Origin: a virus
Taxonomy: Duplodnaviria; Caudoviricetes
Virus record (IMG/VR): IMGVR_UViG_3300044580_000418
Coordinates: 1-36,641 of that record
Direction: 5' to 3' (one strand)
Length of the DNA: 36,641 bases
This document shows, in pieces, positions 8,636 to 17,492 of this stretch. Positions within the stretch are counted from its first letter, which is position 1; every line of letters begins with the position of its first letter. The translations under genes were made by a program, and so were the position numbers. The notes under the pieces are model-generated. The model saw only the letters and a program-made list of their open reading frames with translations. It did not search any database and was not told the origin of the DNA.

Positions 8636-8766
8636 CTGGTTGCCATTACAAGTGCCACAAGAAATATCTTCATCACCAAAGTCATCAGAACAAGAAACAG
8701 GCAATAAGGTAATGAAAAAATAATAAGGATTATTTTTTCAATTGTTTTCACAATCAACAAGTTCGA

Positions 8767-9225
8767 CTATTTTTTTCTTGCTCTAAAATCCCAAGGCGCT
8801 TCTGGATTTGGATGTGACCACAATCCAATCTTTTCTTTTCTTGCCTCTATTTCCAATTTTGCTAATTCGGCATCAGAATTGTATTTTTTAAAATGCCAAG
8901 CCATACCTCTTTTAAGAAGCTCCTTGTTTATACAAAGATCATTCAAATAAATATTTGCCAACATGCGCCCATATCTATCGGTTCCGGATTGAATTACATG
9001 AACATTTTTTTTGAAGCATAGTCCTGAGACTTCCTGTTTTGCCCTGTTCCCAAAATCCTGATTTGATTCCGGGCAGTCAATTCCTTCCAATCGAATTTTT
9101 ATTTGCTCATTGTTTTCATTCAGGACAATAATAGTGTCACCATCTACAATACCAATCACTTTGCCATCAAATTCAATATTTTGAAATAGCAGGATGAACA
9201 AACATGTAATAAAAGTACACTTCAT
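8767..9225 (-). CDS. Thermonuclease (staphylococcal nuclease family)
   Basis: IVDGDT, IRLEGIDCPE, DRYGRMLA, GLWS...PWDFR; hydrophobic N-terminus. Confidence 0.95.
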   Translation of the reverse strand: MKCTFITCLFILLFQNIEFDGKVIGIVDGDTIIVLNENNEQIKIRLEGIDCPESNQDFGNRAKQEVSGLCFKKNVHVIQSGTDRYGRMLANIYLNDLCINKELLKRGMAWHFKKYNSDAELAKLEIEARKEKIGLWSHPNPEAPWDFRARKK

Positions 9226-9752
9226 CTCTTTATATAAGTTTTGTTTCCCTTACTGTTAATATAGTATTTTCCTCCACGGGGACCTGTATGTATTACTCTT
9301 CCTGAACCTGAGCTTTTTGGTGTTGATGTTAAATTTCTCGGTTGGGAATTAGGTTCGTAGGTGCTTTTATGTTGCCAGCAATAATCCGATCCAGGCTCTG
9401 CGTTTCTCGAACATTGTGTCCCCTTAGCGGTAATTGCTTTGCATCTACCTGGTGTTGAATTTGTGTTGATTTGTTCCTGATTCCCTACAATCCCATAAGA
9501 TTGAGTTGAAGAATTCTTTTTCAAATCTGCAATTTGCAGTTTCAATAATTCATTCTCATTTTTTACTTGGTTAAATTCTATCTGTAAATCATTCAAACTT
9601 TGTTTCAAATTTTCAAACTGGGTTTGAAAATCCGAATTGATTTTTTCCAGAACCTGGAGTCTTTGGGAAATTTCTTTTTTCGATTGAGCAAATGAAGATA
9701 AACATGTTATTAAACAAATCAGCATCAAACAAATGGCAGTCTTTATTTTCAT
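9222..9752 (-). CDS. Secreted coiled-coil protein with C3H (DUF5763-like) and basic-adaptor domains
   Basis: Signal peptide ending SFA-Q; coiled coil; CKAITAKGTQC...YCWQH; TGPRGGKYYINSKGNKTY. Confidence 0.8.
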   Translation of the reverse strand: MKIKTAICLMLICLITCLSSFAQSKKEISQRLQVLEKINSDFQTQFENLKQSLNDLQIEFNQVKNENELLKLQIADLKKNSSTQSYGIVGNQEQINTNSTPGRCKAITAKGTQCSRNAEPGSDYCWQHKSTYEPNSQPRNLTSTPKSSGSGRVIHTGPRGGKYYINSKGNKTYIKR

Positions 9753-9768
9753 AGTTTTAGGTTTTTAG

Positions 9769-11349
9769 TTATAACTCGAGCTTTTGCTGCTGTGCATCTG
9801 AAATGATTTTTTTCGCTTTTATTGCTTCATCCCTGGTAGGGGCACGGTCAGGTGTGCCAAATGTTTCAGTTCTCGAGGCTGGCCGGTTTGGGCGCTTACC
9901 TTCAAGAATATCCTGTACGGTAAGAATCTGAATTTTTTCATAAGGAAAACCCTCCATAAAAAGGCCTTGCTTTTTGGCTATCCTGCGCATGCTGTCGGTC
10001 ACTTCCTCGGCAAAGCACACAAAAATCCCCATTTGTGCTTTTCTGTCTTCAACTGTTCGCACAAAATGGTTAAGTTGTGTTGGCGAGGCCCCTCCGCTTT
10101 TTACCTCTATCAGGCTTACATTCTTTATACCGTTCATGTCAAATGTAAAGTGGCCGTCATATCCCATAGTGTTCCGTTTCTCATTCAGGATGCCGTGAAG
10201 TTCTACTTCGACTATCCATTCTTCGAATAACAAACGCCCTCCCTTAACCCCGGAGGCCAGTTCATGGGCTGAGTCAAGGTCTTTCGGGAAACCGTTTATC
10301 TCGAAGGTGTTTTTTACATTTTCTCCATATGTATCAACCAAGCGTTTGCTGATCAATTTCACTGCCAAATGGGATATGTCGGAACCAATCCAGTTGCGGT
10401 TGAGTTTCTGAGCGGCTGCTATTGTGGTACCGCACCCACAAAAAAAGTCGGCAACCAGATCACCTTCGTTGGTGGAGGCTTTTATTATCCGTTCCATCAA
10501 GGCTTCGGGCTTTTGGGTCGGGTAACCGAGGCGTTCCATTGCCATCGAGTTTATAGGGAAAATATCAGTCCATATGTCATCTGCAATAACCCCTTTAATT
10601 TTATCTAAATATATCTTGTAGCGATATTTTCCACCTGGATTGACAATTAGCCTATCTTCAGCTATTAGCTGTTCTAAGGTTTCCTGTGAATATGTTGCCA
10701 ATTCAGCATCCTTATATCTTCCTTTTTCGTCACTTTTTTTAAACCTTTTATCAATTTCGCTTTTGGGATATGGTAAATAAATTTTGTTGAATCTATGTGC
10801 CTCGCTTTTAGCAAAGTAAAAAATCACATCATGATCTGAACCAAAACGCTGTGCAATTGATTTACTGCTTCCAGATGTTGATCTTTTCCAAATTATTTCA
10901 TTCCTGAAATTCTTCTCCCCAAAAATCAAATCACACTCAATTTTCAGGTAATGGCTCATCGTAGGGTCGCAGTGCAAATAAAAGCTCCCGGTAGGCTTCA
11001 ACAGCTTGTGCATGTACCATATCCGGATGCCCATTGTGGCGAGGTAGCTGATGGCGCTTTTTGAGATGTTGATGTTATCAAGAGCGTTCAGAAAATTGAA
11101 CAGGTTCAAGTCAATCTCTTTGATCTCGTTTAAAGTATCAATATAACCCACATTGCTCCAGGTATCAGCAAAAGCTTCCTTTTGTGCTTTGGTATCGTCC
11201 ATTTCAACGGACTCAAATAGGACGTTGTAATTCCGCTTACTGTTAAAGGGAGGATCGATATAAATCAGGTCGATGAATTCCTTTTGATGTTCCTGGTAAT
11301 ACATGCGTTTCATGATTTCCAGGTTGTCTCCAAAATAAAGACGATTCAT
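9769..11349 (-). CDS. N6A/N4C DNA methyltransferase (beta class) with C-terminal Mrr-like domain
   Basis: IYIDPPF precedes YPTQKP and DFFCGCGTT; C-terminal GYDG...IEVKSG; alternative TTG start at 11355. Confidence 0.9.
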   Translation of the reverse strand: MNRLYFGDNLEIMKRMYYQEHQKEFIDLIYIDPPFNSKRNYNVLFESVEMDDTKAQKEAFADTWSNVGYIDTLNEIKEIDLNLFNFLNALDNINISKSAISYLATMGIRIWYMHKLLKPTGSFYLHCDPTMSHYLKIECDLIFGEKNFRNEIIWKRSTSGSSKSIAQRFGSDHDVIFYFAKSEAHRFNKIYLPYPKSEIDKRFKKSDEKGRYKDAELATYSQETLEQLIAEDRLIVNPGGKYRYKIYLDKIKGVIADDIWTDIFPINSMAMERLGYPTQKPEALMERIIKASTNEGDLVADFFCGCGTTIAAAQKLNRNWIGSDISHLAVKLISKRLVDTYGENVKNTFEINGFPKDLDSAHELASGVKGGRLLFEEWIVEVELHGILNEKRNTMGYDGHFTFDMNGIKNVSLIEVKSGGASPTQLNHFVRTVEDRKAQMGIFVCFAEEVTDSMRRIAKKQGLFMEGFPYEKIQILTVQDILEGKRPNRPASRTETFGTPDRAPTRDEAIKAKKIISDAQQQKLEL

Positions 11350-11359
11350 GTCCAATTCT

Positions 11360-11390
11360 TTTGATAATTAGCAAAATTATCATATTTTTG
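11360..11390. promoter_or_regulatory. Overlapping divergent Bacteroidota promoters with palindromic operator
   Basis: Plus strand TTTG-N19-TATTTTTG; minus strand TAATTTTG at 11372-11379; palindrome TGATAATT-N5-AATTATCA at 11362-11382. Confidence 0.65.
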
Positions 11391-11393
11391 ATA

Positions 11394-11473
11394 CAATCTC
11401 CGCTACTTCATAAAAGCGTCCATTCTTCTGAGTCGGAGATACAAGTCCTCCATGTAGGGGGGACTTTTTTTTT
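11394..11473 (+). ncRNA. Candidate ~80-nt two-hairpin small RNA
   Basis: Consensus promoter upstream; stem ATCTCCG/CGGAGAT; then intrinsic terminator; no plus-strand gene nearby. Confidence 0.5.
11445..11473 (+). terminator. Rho-independent terminator
   Basis: GTCCTCC-ATGTAG-GGGGGAC followed by 9 T. Confidence 0.75.
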
Positions 11474-11474
11474 G

Positions 11475-12152
11475 TTAAGGGAGGCGACTATTTTTTTTAA
11501 GTAAATCTTTAGCATCCTCATAATACTTATTCAAATATGTAAGATTATTTTCCATTAACTCATATAAGCTTTCATTATCCTTAATTTTATGGAAACCTTC
11601 AACAAAGTGATTTTCAAGAATATTTACATTTAAACAATTTTTATTTCCATCGGGGAAGAAAAGAGACTGAGGATTTTTCGAATGATAGGATATTGAATGG
11701 CCAAGTTTTGGAAAATAATTATGAGCCAATCCATGTCTAAATAAATTCACCAAGCGATTAAGATCATCAGGGTTAATCTGGTCTGACACTTCTTCGTAAA
11801 ATCGTTTAATATTCCCAAATGAGCTCTTATTCTCCCATTTATTAAGATCTCCACCTTTCAAAATATAACCCAAAACATCCATACATGAGAAAATCATTAA
11901 AGCAAAAGGAATAGTTGCTCTGCATGGCGAAGGTCTTCCATGGATGAATTCAAAACTGTAAGGATACCTTGTTGTTGGAGGATCATTTGATTCAACTTCA
12001 TCACATTCATTCTCCATTCTTTCAGCATCTTCTTTTTCTCTTTCAATTTTTTCAGCATCATCCGCAAGCTTATGAAAAAGCTTTAAATCACCTAAAGCAT
12101 AATGTTCTAAAGCAATCAAAAATTTATAAACTTCTGTTGTCCTGTAATCCAT
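11475..12152 (-). CDS. Hypothetical protein with HEPN-like Rx4H motif
   Basis: Start placed at MDYRTT; own TATCTTTG -7 box at 12179-12186; IFSCMDVLG...FRHGLAH; AT-rich. Confidence 0.6.
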   Translation of the reverse strand: MDYRTTEVYKFLIALEHYALGDLKLFHKLADDAEKIEREKEDAERMENECDEVESNDPPTTRYPYSFEFIHGRPSPCRATIPFALMIFSCMDVLGYILKGGDLNKWENKSSFGNIKRFYEEVSDQINPDDLNRLVNLFRHGLAHNYFPKLGHSISYHSKNPQSLFFPDGNKNCLNVNILENHFVEGFHKIKDNESLYELMENNLTYLNKYYEDAKDLLKKNSRLP

Positions 12153-12219
12153 GATATTAAGTTTGAGTTTCTTATCATCAAAGATAAGAATAATGAAAAC
12201 AATGTATTTCAACGAAAAT

Positions 12220-13722
12220 TCAGAAAAACACCCCCTCCAAATCCTGAACATGTTCCTGGTCCCCATGCGGATAAAATGTGTTGGCAAGTGAGTCGGACCA
12301 GTCGGGCGAGCGGTGTATCCGTTGCTTTATTTCTTCTTTCGGTTCAATGATGATTGATCCGTTACTCTGAAATTTCCATTTGATCTGGGTCAATTCCTCG
12401 GTCAGTTCATCGCACAATGGCAGGCAGGCTTTTGAATTGTAAGCCGGATTCAACCAGTCGCGGATGGCCCAGAAAAGGTAAGCTCGCATATTCGCAAATT
12501 TGTAAACCCCGGTGATGTCGGTCAATCCATCAGCCGATTCAGAAAACTTGCAGGAGATTGCATTCTTGTAATTCAGTTCGACCAGACGGGAATAAACACC
12601 GGCACCTTCGCCGATTGTATCAATGTATGCTTTGTTTCTTCGGTCGTTGTTCAGGTGAATGGCAATTTCTCCGGCCACGGTCATATGATCGGCAGTTCCT
12701 GCCTTACCGACCCGTTTGAACCCTTCAACAAAATAATCGTACCGCTTGCAGAATACCGAATTGTCACGACCCATACCGGCAACATCGACTCCAAGGCCCA
12801 GTGGTTCTTTCCTGGGTATGTTTTCATCAACCCACCGACGCTGTGCCTGTTCGATCCATTCAAGAGGGATCAACGTATCAGATGAAACTTCGGGGAACTT
12901 TCCGAGTACTTTGACCCGGAACAGGTCGTTTGGCCGATACCAGTTACCTTCCCACTGAAAATCTGATTTGTCGGGTGTGATTTGATTCGTTGGGATCATT
13001 GTGCACCAGGATTCAACTTTGTCTTTCACCCATTCATAATCGACCTGGCCGGGGATGACAATCCGGCGTTCAATCACATTGGGCGATGAAAGCGAGTTCA
13101 GCCTGAATTTTTTCCATTTCGGAGAGGTTTGGCTCCGGGCTGCATATCCGGTCGGGCTGTTCGGGTTGAAAACAATCAGCATCCGGGAGTTTCCCTGCAG
13201 GTTCCCTTCAATTGCGTTGAAAATGGTTTCTTCGATACCTGAAGCCTCGGTTACTATGAACATGGTATTTACCGCATGAAAGCCTGACCAGGCTTCATGG
13301 TTATCCTTGCTGGCCCGGAATCCGGTAAGGAACCACTCCTCCGATTCAGTACGGATGTCGTAACCGACCAATCGCCCCGGGAGAATTCCGGCACGGTTGA
13401 AAAGACGGGAAATTTCGGGGAACATGATGTTTTTTACCTGCCGGTCGGTCGGTGCTGTCATGGCAACCTTGGTATTTCCAATCAACTCCCTTTTTTTTGA
13501 CCATTGTGGAGTCAGGTATAAAAAACAAATGGCCGCAACTGCAGCCACAAAATCTTTTCCACGTGAAGTACCCGAACAAACTGAAACCCGGGGATGGACC
13601 TGAACGGCATCAAGTATAGCCTGCTGCTCGGGGTCGAGGTTTACCTTCAGGACATCCCTTGCAAATTTGTTCCAATCGTTCTGCCATGCCTGCCAAACCG
13701 ATTTGTATTCATTCAGGTTCAC
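12220..13722 (-). CDS. terL: Terminase large subunit
   Basis: SGTSRGKD Walker A, TAPTDRQ, IVTEASG Walker B, LGVDVAGMGRD and SPDWSDSL nuclease motifs. Confidence 0.95.
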   Translation of the reverse strand: MNLNEYKSVWQAWQNDWNKFARDVLKVNLDPEQQAILDAVQVHPRVSVCSGTSRGKDFVAAVAAICFLYLTPQWSKKRELIGNTKVAMTAPTDRQVKNIMFPEISRLFNRAGILPGRLVGYDIRTESEEWFLTGFRASKDNHEAWSGFHAVNTMFIVTEASGIEETIFNAIEGNLQGNSRMLIVFNPNSPTGYAARSQTSPKWKKFRLNSLSSPNVIERRIVIPGQVDYEWVKDKVESWCTMIPTNQITPDKSDFQWEGNWYRPNDLFRVKVLGKFPEVSSDTLIPLEWIEQAQRRWVDENIPRKEPLGLGVDVAGMGRDNSVFCKRYDYFVEGFKRVGKAGTADHMTVAGEIAIHLNNDRRNKAYIDTIGEGAGVYSRLVELNYKNAISCKFSESADGLTDITGVYKFANMRAYLFWAIRDWLNPAYNSKACLPLCDELTEELTQIKWKFQSNGSIIIEPKEEIKQRIHRSPDWSDSLANTFYPHGDQEHVQDLEGVFF

Positions 13723-14218
13723 TGGTTGCTGTTTTCATCAGTTCAAGGAATAAGTTGCCCTGAAAATCGTGTTTTGTAGGAGCATTTATGCCGAGGATCT
13801 TGCATCGCTGTTCAATGCACCATTGAACACCATCGAGGTAGCGAGGATCACCCTGGCCGGTTTCTTCAAAATCGCGTTTTTCGACCTTGTCAACCGATTG
13901 CGGCGAACCATGTTTTTTTACTTCCGACTTCTTAACACTCTGAATTGACTTTTCCCAGGCTTCCCAGTACGTTTTTTCAAGCCGGTTTATTTTTTCAAGT
14001 TCGATGGTTTTGTGGTAGTCAATGAGCTTCTCCCGGTCTTTCTTCCATACTTCCAAAATATGCTTTACATCGTTGAAAACTGTGACGTGCGTAATATTTC
14101 GCCCATGCTGCTGATTGACCTCAAAAGCAATTTCCCTGAACGATTTTCCTTTTGTAAAAAGTTCAGATATCAATAGCATGTCATGCTCGCGCTCCCCCTT
14201 TGTTCTCAATTTTGCCAT
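13709..14218 (-). CDS. Terminase small subunit (putative)
   Basis: N-terminal HTH, WEAWEKS, GDPRYL...RCKILG; overlaps terL. Confidence 0.8.
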   Translation of the reverse strand: MAKLRTKGEREHDMLLISELFTKGKSFREIAFEVNQQHGRNITHVTVFNDVKHILEVWKKDREKLIDYHKTIELEKINRLEKTYWEAWEKSIQSVKKSEVKKHGSPQSVDKVEKRDFEETGQGDPRYLDGVQWCIEQRCKILGINAPTKHDFQGNLFLELMKTATSEPE

Positions 14219-14229
14219 AACATATTTTG

Positions 14230-15657
14230 TTAAGACTGATTGTTAAAAGTACTTTTCTGGTATGCAGCCAAAATTCGGTCAACAAATTGGTGCCTTTCGC
14301 CTCCAGGCAGGGGAAGTGAAAACTCAAAAGTCAATGCATCAATTATCTCCTTTTCGGAAGGAAGTTTCTCATTGACGGTTTCTACCTGAAATGAAGAAGA
14401 ATGAAGTTCACCAGAGGGTGAAGGAATTCCCTTGTCAAACACTGAAAACTGGTCAGAGAAATATTGTTTGTTTAGTGTTTCAACTTCGTCACGTGTATGA
14501 TATTTCTGGAAGTACCATTCACCATACCGGAAATTCCCTGTAAATCCATTTTCATCGAGAAAAGCCGACGATTCTCTATGATCACACGTGTTCTTCCGGT
14601 CTATATGTCGCTGTTTGAATTTGCGCGGAATCCCTGACCAGAAAATCAATCCATCTTTTTTGCATAATGCTGACAAAGTAATTAAAACTGAATTCTGCCC
14701 CTGTAAGGTATCAATTGAATTCATGACACTGTCGCAAACAACAAAATCGAACTGTCCGTTTACAGATAGGTGCCTTTCGATCTTTGCAAAATCACGGGAT
14801 ATTTCATCCATCCAAATAACATCGGCGCCAGGACGTCGGAGATAAAATTCAAGGGTAAAAATCCGGTACCCTTTAGCGCAAAGCATTTTTGCATAGTCAC
14901 GCTGGCCAGCGCCAAAATCAAGCACACTGACATCTTTTGTCAACTTCGGAATAACTACCTTCTCATACAGTGTACTGTGGGAATGTGAATCGGTGCGAAG
15001 TCGGTTTTTCTGGGCCAGTGACTGAATATAAGTTTTCCTCGCAATGTGCTTGTATGAAAAGCTCCCATATTCCATTGAGAAAAAATTCAAGGCCATCGAT
15101 ACTTTTTCGGCAGGGAGGCAATACACCCACAAATCATATCCAAGCAATTTCACTGCTTTGGCGTAAATAGCAGAGATAATAACTTCACCCTGGGGATTTA
15201 TTACGGCATTCGCAAACTGGCCATACCGGAGCATCAATTTTGACAGCTGATTGACAGACTGGTTTTTTTCACCTGGTGAAAGGATTTCAATGTCTCTGTT
15301 CTTTACAATCGAAAATTCTCCTTCCGGATGCTTCGATTTAATAATTATCCTGGGAGCCTTTTCTGAAACTTCACATTCAGAGAGGTTATGAAGCTGGTTA
15401 AAACGGACTTCATCAGTTGAATTGACATCGGAAAGGAAAAACCCCTTTATCGATTTCCGACCAATCAGAGTTGCAGACTTTGTTCGCTGGTGGCCTGCCA
15501 GGATGGTTCCATCCTCTTTACGCACAATAACCGGTTTAATGATTCCAAGCTGCATGATACTTTCCTGCAAACGTGAAATCTTCTCATCAGTAATTTCCCG
15601 TGGATTGTAGCTGGCGCCTTTGATGGTCGCAATGTCAATATCAACAATCTGATTCAT
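14230..15657 (-). CDS. ParB-like domain fused to class I SAM methyltransferase
   Basis: YNPREI, ILAGHQR (ParB/Srx); VLDFGAGQ and FDFVVCDSVMNS (MTase). Confidence 0.85.
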   Translation of the reverse strand: MNQIVDIDIATIKGASYNPREITDEKISRLQESIMQLGIIKPVIVRKEDGTILAGHQRTKSATLIGRKSIKGFFLSDVNSTDEVRFNQLHNLSECEVSEKAPRIIIKSKHPEGEFSIVKNRDIEILSPGEKNQSVNQLSKLMLRYGQFANAVINPQGEVIISAIYAKAVKLLGYDLWVYCLPAEKVSMALNFFSMEYGSFSYKHIARKTYIQSLAQKNRLRTDSHSHSTLYEKVVIPKLTKDVSVLDFGAGQRDYAKMLCAKGYRIFTLEFYLRRPGADVIWMDEISRDFAKIERHLSVNGQFDFVVCDSVMNSIDTLQGQNSVLITLSALCKKDGLIFWSGIPRKFKQRHIDRKNTCDHRESSAFLDENGFTGNFRYGEWYFQKYHTRDEVETLNKQYFSDQFSVFDKGIPSPSGELHSSSFQVETVNEKLPSEKEIIDALTFEFSLPLPGGERHQFVDRILAAYQKSTFNNQS

Positions 15658-16246
15658 TCCCGGGCAATAAATAATTTACAAATCCAATTAAAGTTCCGTT
15701 TTCGGACATATAGCTATCAATAGCGGCCTGCAACTTCGATTCCTCCAGATCAGAAAGAGGTATCCTGTAATTTTGAAAAACAAGATATCTGAGGTGCGCT
15801 GTTTGTTCGTATTCATCATTGACAATGCTTTTCTCATTATCAGAACTGAATTTTGAGAAGTCAAAGTCAACACCCCAGTTTTGAGCAAAAGCGAGATCCC
15901 AACCATTTTCCTGAAGCAAAGAATAGTCCCATTCTCCAAATGAACCATTATCTTTAAGGAGAATCCGTTGTTCGTCTTCCTCTGTCAGTTCCGGTATCAC
16001 TGCAACTGGTGCCGAGTCGAAACCTAATTTTGAAGCAGCCAGAAATCGTTTTTCCCCGGCAATGATGACAAGGGTACCGGTCCGGTTTGAACAGATTATC
16101 GGCCTTGTCTCGAAATAAAGCGGGTCTTCAACAATTGACTGGCAAAGCTCCTGCAGGCTGGATTCAGTAATTGTGCGAGGATTCTTCGGATACTTCTGTA
16201 AATCGGATAATCTGACATAGGAAACCTTTATTGATACTGAATTCAT
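15641..16246 (-). CDS. ParB-like N-terminal domain protein
   Basis: YPKNPRTI, IIAGEKRFLA, KDNGSFGEWD. Confidence 0.88.
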   Translation of the reverse strand: MNSVSIKVSYVRLSDLQKYPKNPRTITESSLQELCQSIVEDPLYFETRPIICSNRTGTLVIIAGEKRFLAASKLGFDSAPVAVIPELTEEDEQRILLKDNGSFGEWDYSLLQENGWDLAFAQNWGVDFDFSKFSSDNEKSIVNDEYEQTAHLRYLVFQNYRIPLSDLEESKLQAAIDSYMSENGTLIGFVNYLLPGNESDC

Positions 16247-16641
16247 ATTGATTTCATTTGGCTGTAAAAATGATCAACCTTTGTTCTGAAATCGGGATAT
16301 ACCTGGTAGTAATTTTTGACATTTTTTGAATTGTACCAAATTTTCTTCCGGTTGCAGGCAAAGAGGCTGGCAAGCTGGAATTCGACTTTATGCGGAAGGC
16401 GCACATTGAACTGAAAACAGTGTGGGTCGGAAATCATCATCACAACAGCGATAAATATCAGTTGAGAATCCTGGTAGTTCCTCAATAAATGATCGTGGGA
16501 GAAACCTGAAATATCGATAAAGTTGCCGTGTAACTCTGATATGGATATTTCTGTTTTCAGTGAAACCGGTGCAAGATCATGAACCACAAATGGGTATTTT
16601 GACTTGCAGTTGCGATAGAATTTCTTGTAGTCAACTGTCAT
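16243..16641 (-). CDS. Hypothetical protein, possible late transcription regulator
   Basis: 132 aa; C-terminal helical segment ending YYQVYPDFRTKVD; sits at the early/late boundary. Confidence 0.5.
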   Translation of the reverse strand: MTVDYKKFYRNCKSKYPFVVHDLAPVSLKTEISISELHGNFIDISGFSHDHLLRNYQDSQLIFIAVVMMISDPHCFQFNVRLPHKVEFQLASLFACNRKKIWYNSKNVKNYYQVYPDFRTKVDHFYSQMKSI

Positions 16642-17363
16642 AACTTCTCATAAATGAAATTGTTGATTAAGAAAGGCTGTCCAACCGTGAAATTTTTCAG
16701 GTATCTGCCGTCAATGTGATTATTGAGCAGTACCATCATTTTGTAATTTGCAAGGCGGGAAAGAATTTCCCTGTCGGTTATGCGCCTGATTAAATGGTCG
16801 TTGATCAGGAAAACCAGCTCCTGGTCGGTCCAAATCAGTGAATATGAATTGAAGGTTTCGGCAGGATTGCCTTTGAATACTTTTGCCAAAGGAGCCTCGG
16901 GTTCACCTCCTTTCAAATTCCACTCGTCCCGCAAATGAAGACAATTGAGTACTTTGTATTTGCGTTTGAACAACCGGTTATTCGAATAATTGTTCTGGCG
17001 GCTGTATCCCTCGAAGATGTCGATTTCGGGAGGCCAGGTGTCCGGGGAATACATCCAGAATGCAGGCCATGTTCCGGTACCGGTTGGAAGCTTTGCCTCG
17101 ATGGTGAACCTTCCGAATGAAAAATCATCAACAGAACATATCTGTCCGGTACCAAAATTGGAAAATCCGTTGATCGTGTCAAAATATTTCGGATTGTACC
17201 TGACCGACAGGGCAAGGTGATTGTTTTCGAGGATATGAATGCACGAAGGATCGTACCATATCCATTTTTTGTTCGGGTGGATGCTTCCCCAGCGTTCACG
17301 GATCCACCACCTGTAACCCATCCAGAAGAATTTTTCGTCGATTATTTGAATATTGTTGCTCAT
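16638..17363 (-). CDS. Glycoside hydrolase family 16
   Basis: FGRFTIEAKLP, GTWPAFWM, WPPEIDIFE (ExDxxE catalytic motif), YSLIWT. Confidence 0.92.
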   Translation of the reverse strand: MSNNIQIIDEKFFWMGYRWWIRERWGSIHPNKKWIWYDPSCIHILENNHLALSVRYNPKYFDTINGFSNFGTGQICSVDDFSFGRFTIEAKLPTGTGTWPAFWMYSPDTWPPEIDIFEGYSRQNNYSNNRLFKRKYKVLNCLHLRDEWNLKGGEPEAPLAKVFKGNPAETFNSYSLIWTDQELVFLINDHLIRRITDREILSRLANYKMMVLLNNHIDGRYLKNFTVGQPFLINNFIYEKL

Positions 17364-17491
17364 TTCCCTTTCTCCCTGTAATCCGGGCAGCTATTTAATT
17401 TCTGAGTTTTGAAATGCACCTCCCATTTACACTGGCCTGTGAAGGTGCAAGTATAACAGGCTTTTGGATTTTGATTTCTCTGTTTTTTCAT
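17360..17491 (-). CDS. Small Cys-rich hypothetical protein
   Basis: 43 aa, CYTC...C...CPDY; ATGA overlap with the GH16 gene. Confidence 0.5.
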   Translation of the reverse strand: MKKQRNQNPKACYTCTFTGQCKWEVHFKTQKLNSCPDYREKGK

Positions 17492-17492
17492 G

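Larger units (their letters stand above)
8022..8751 (-). pseudogene. Small lipoprotein with basic-adaptor motif, split by a gene cassette
   Basis: 5' half 8636-8751 reads MKTIEKIILIIF/FITLLPVSCSDDFGDEDISCGTCNGNQ; 3' half 8022-8112 reads LY*GKRGG/*YYINSNHNKTYVDRSHCTCL*; two frameshifts and two internal stops. Confidence 0.75.

Noticed and set aside
12153-12287. N-terminal extension of the 270-aa ORF
   Set aside because: Overlaps terL and contains the gene's own promoter; start moved to 12152
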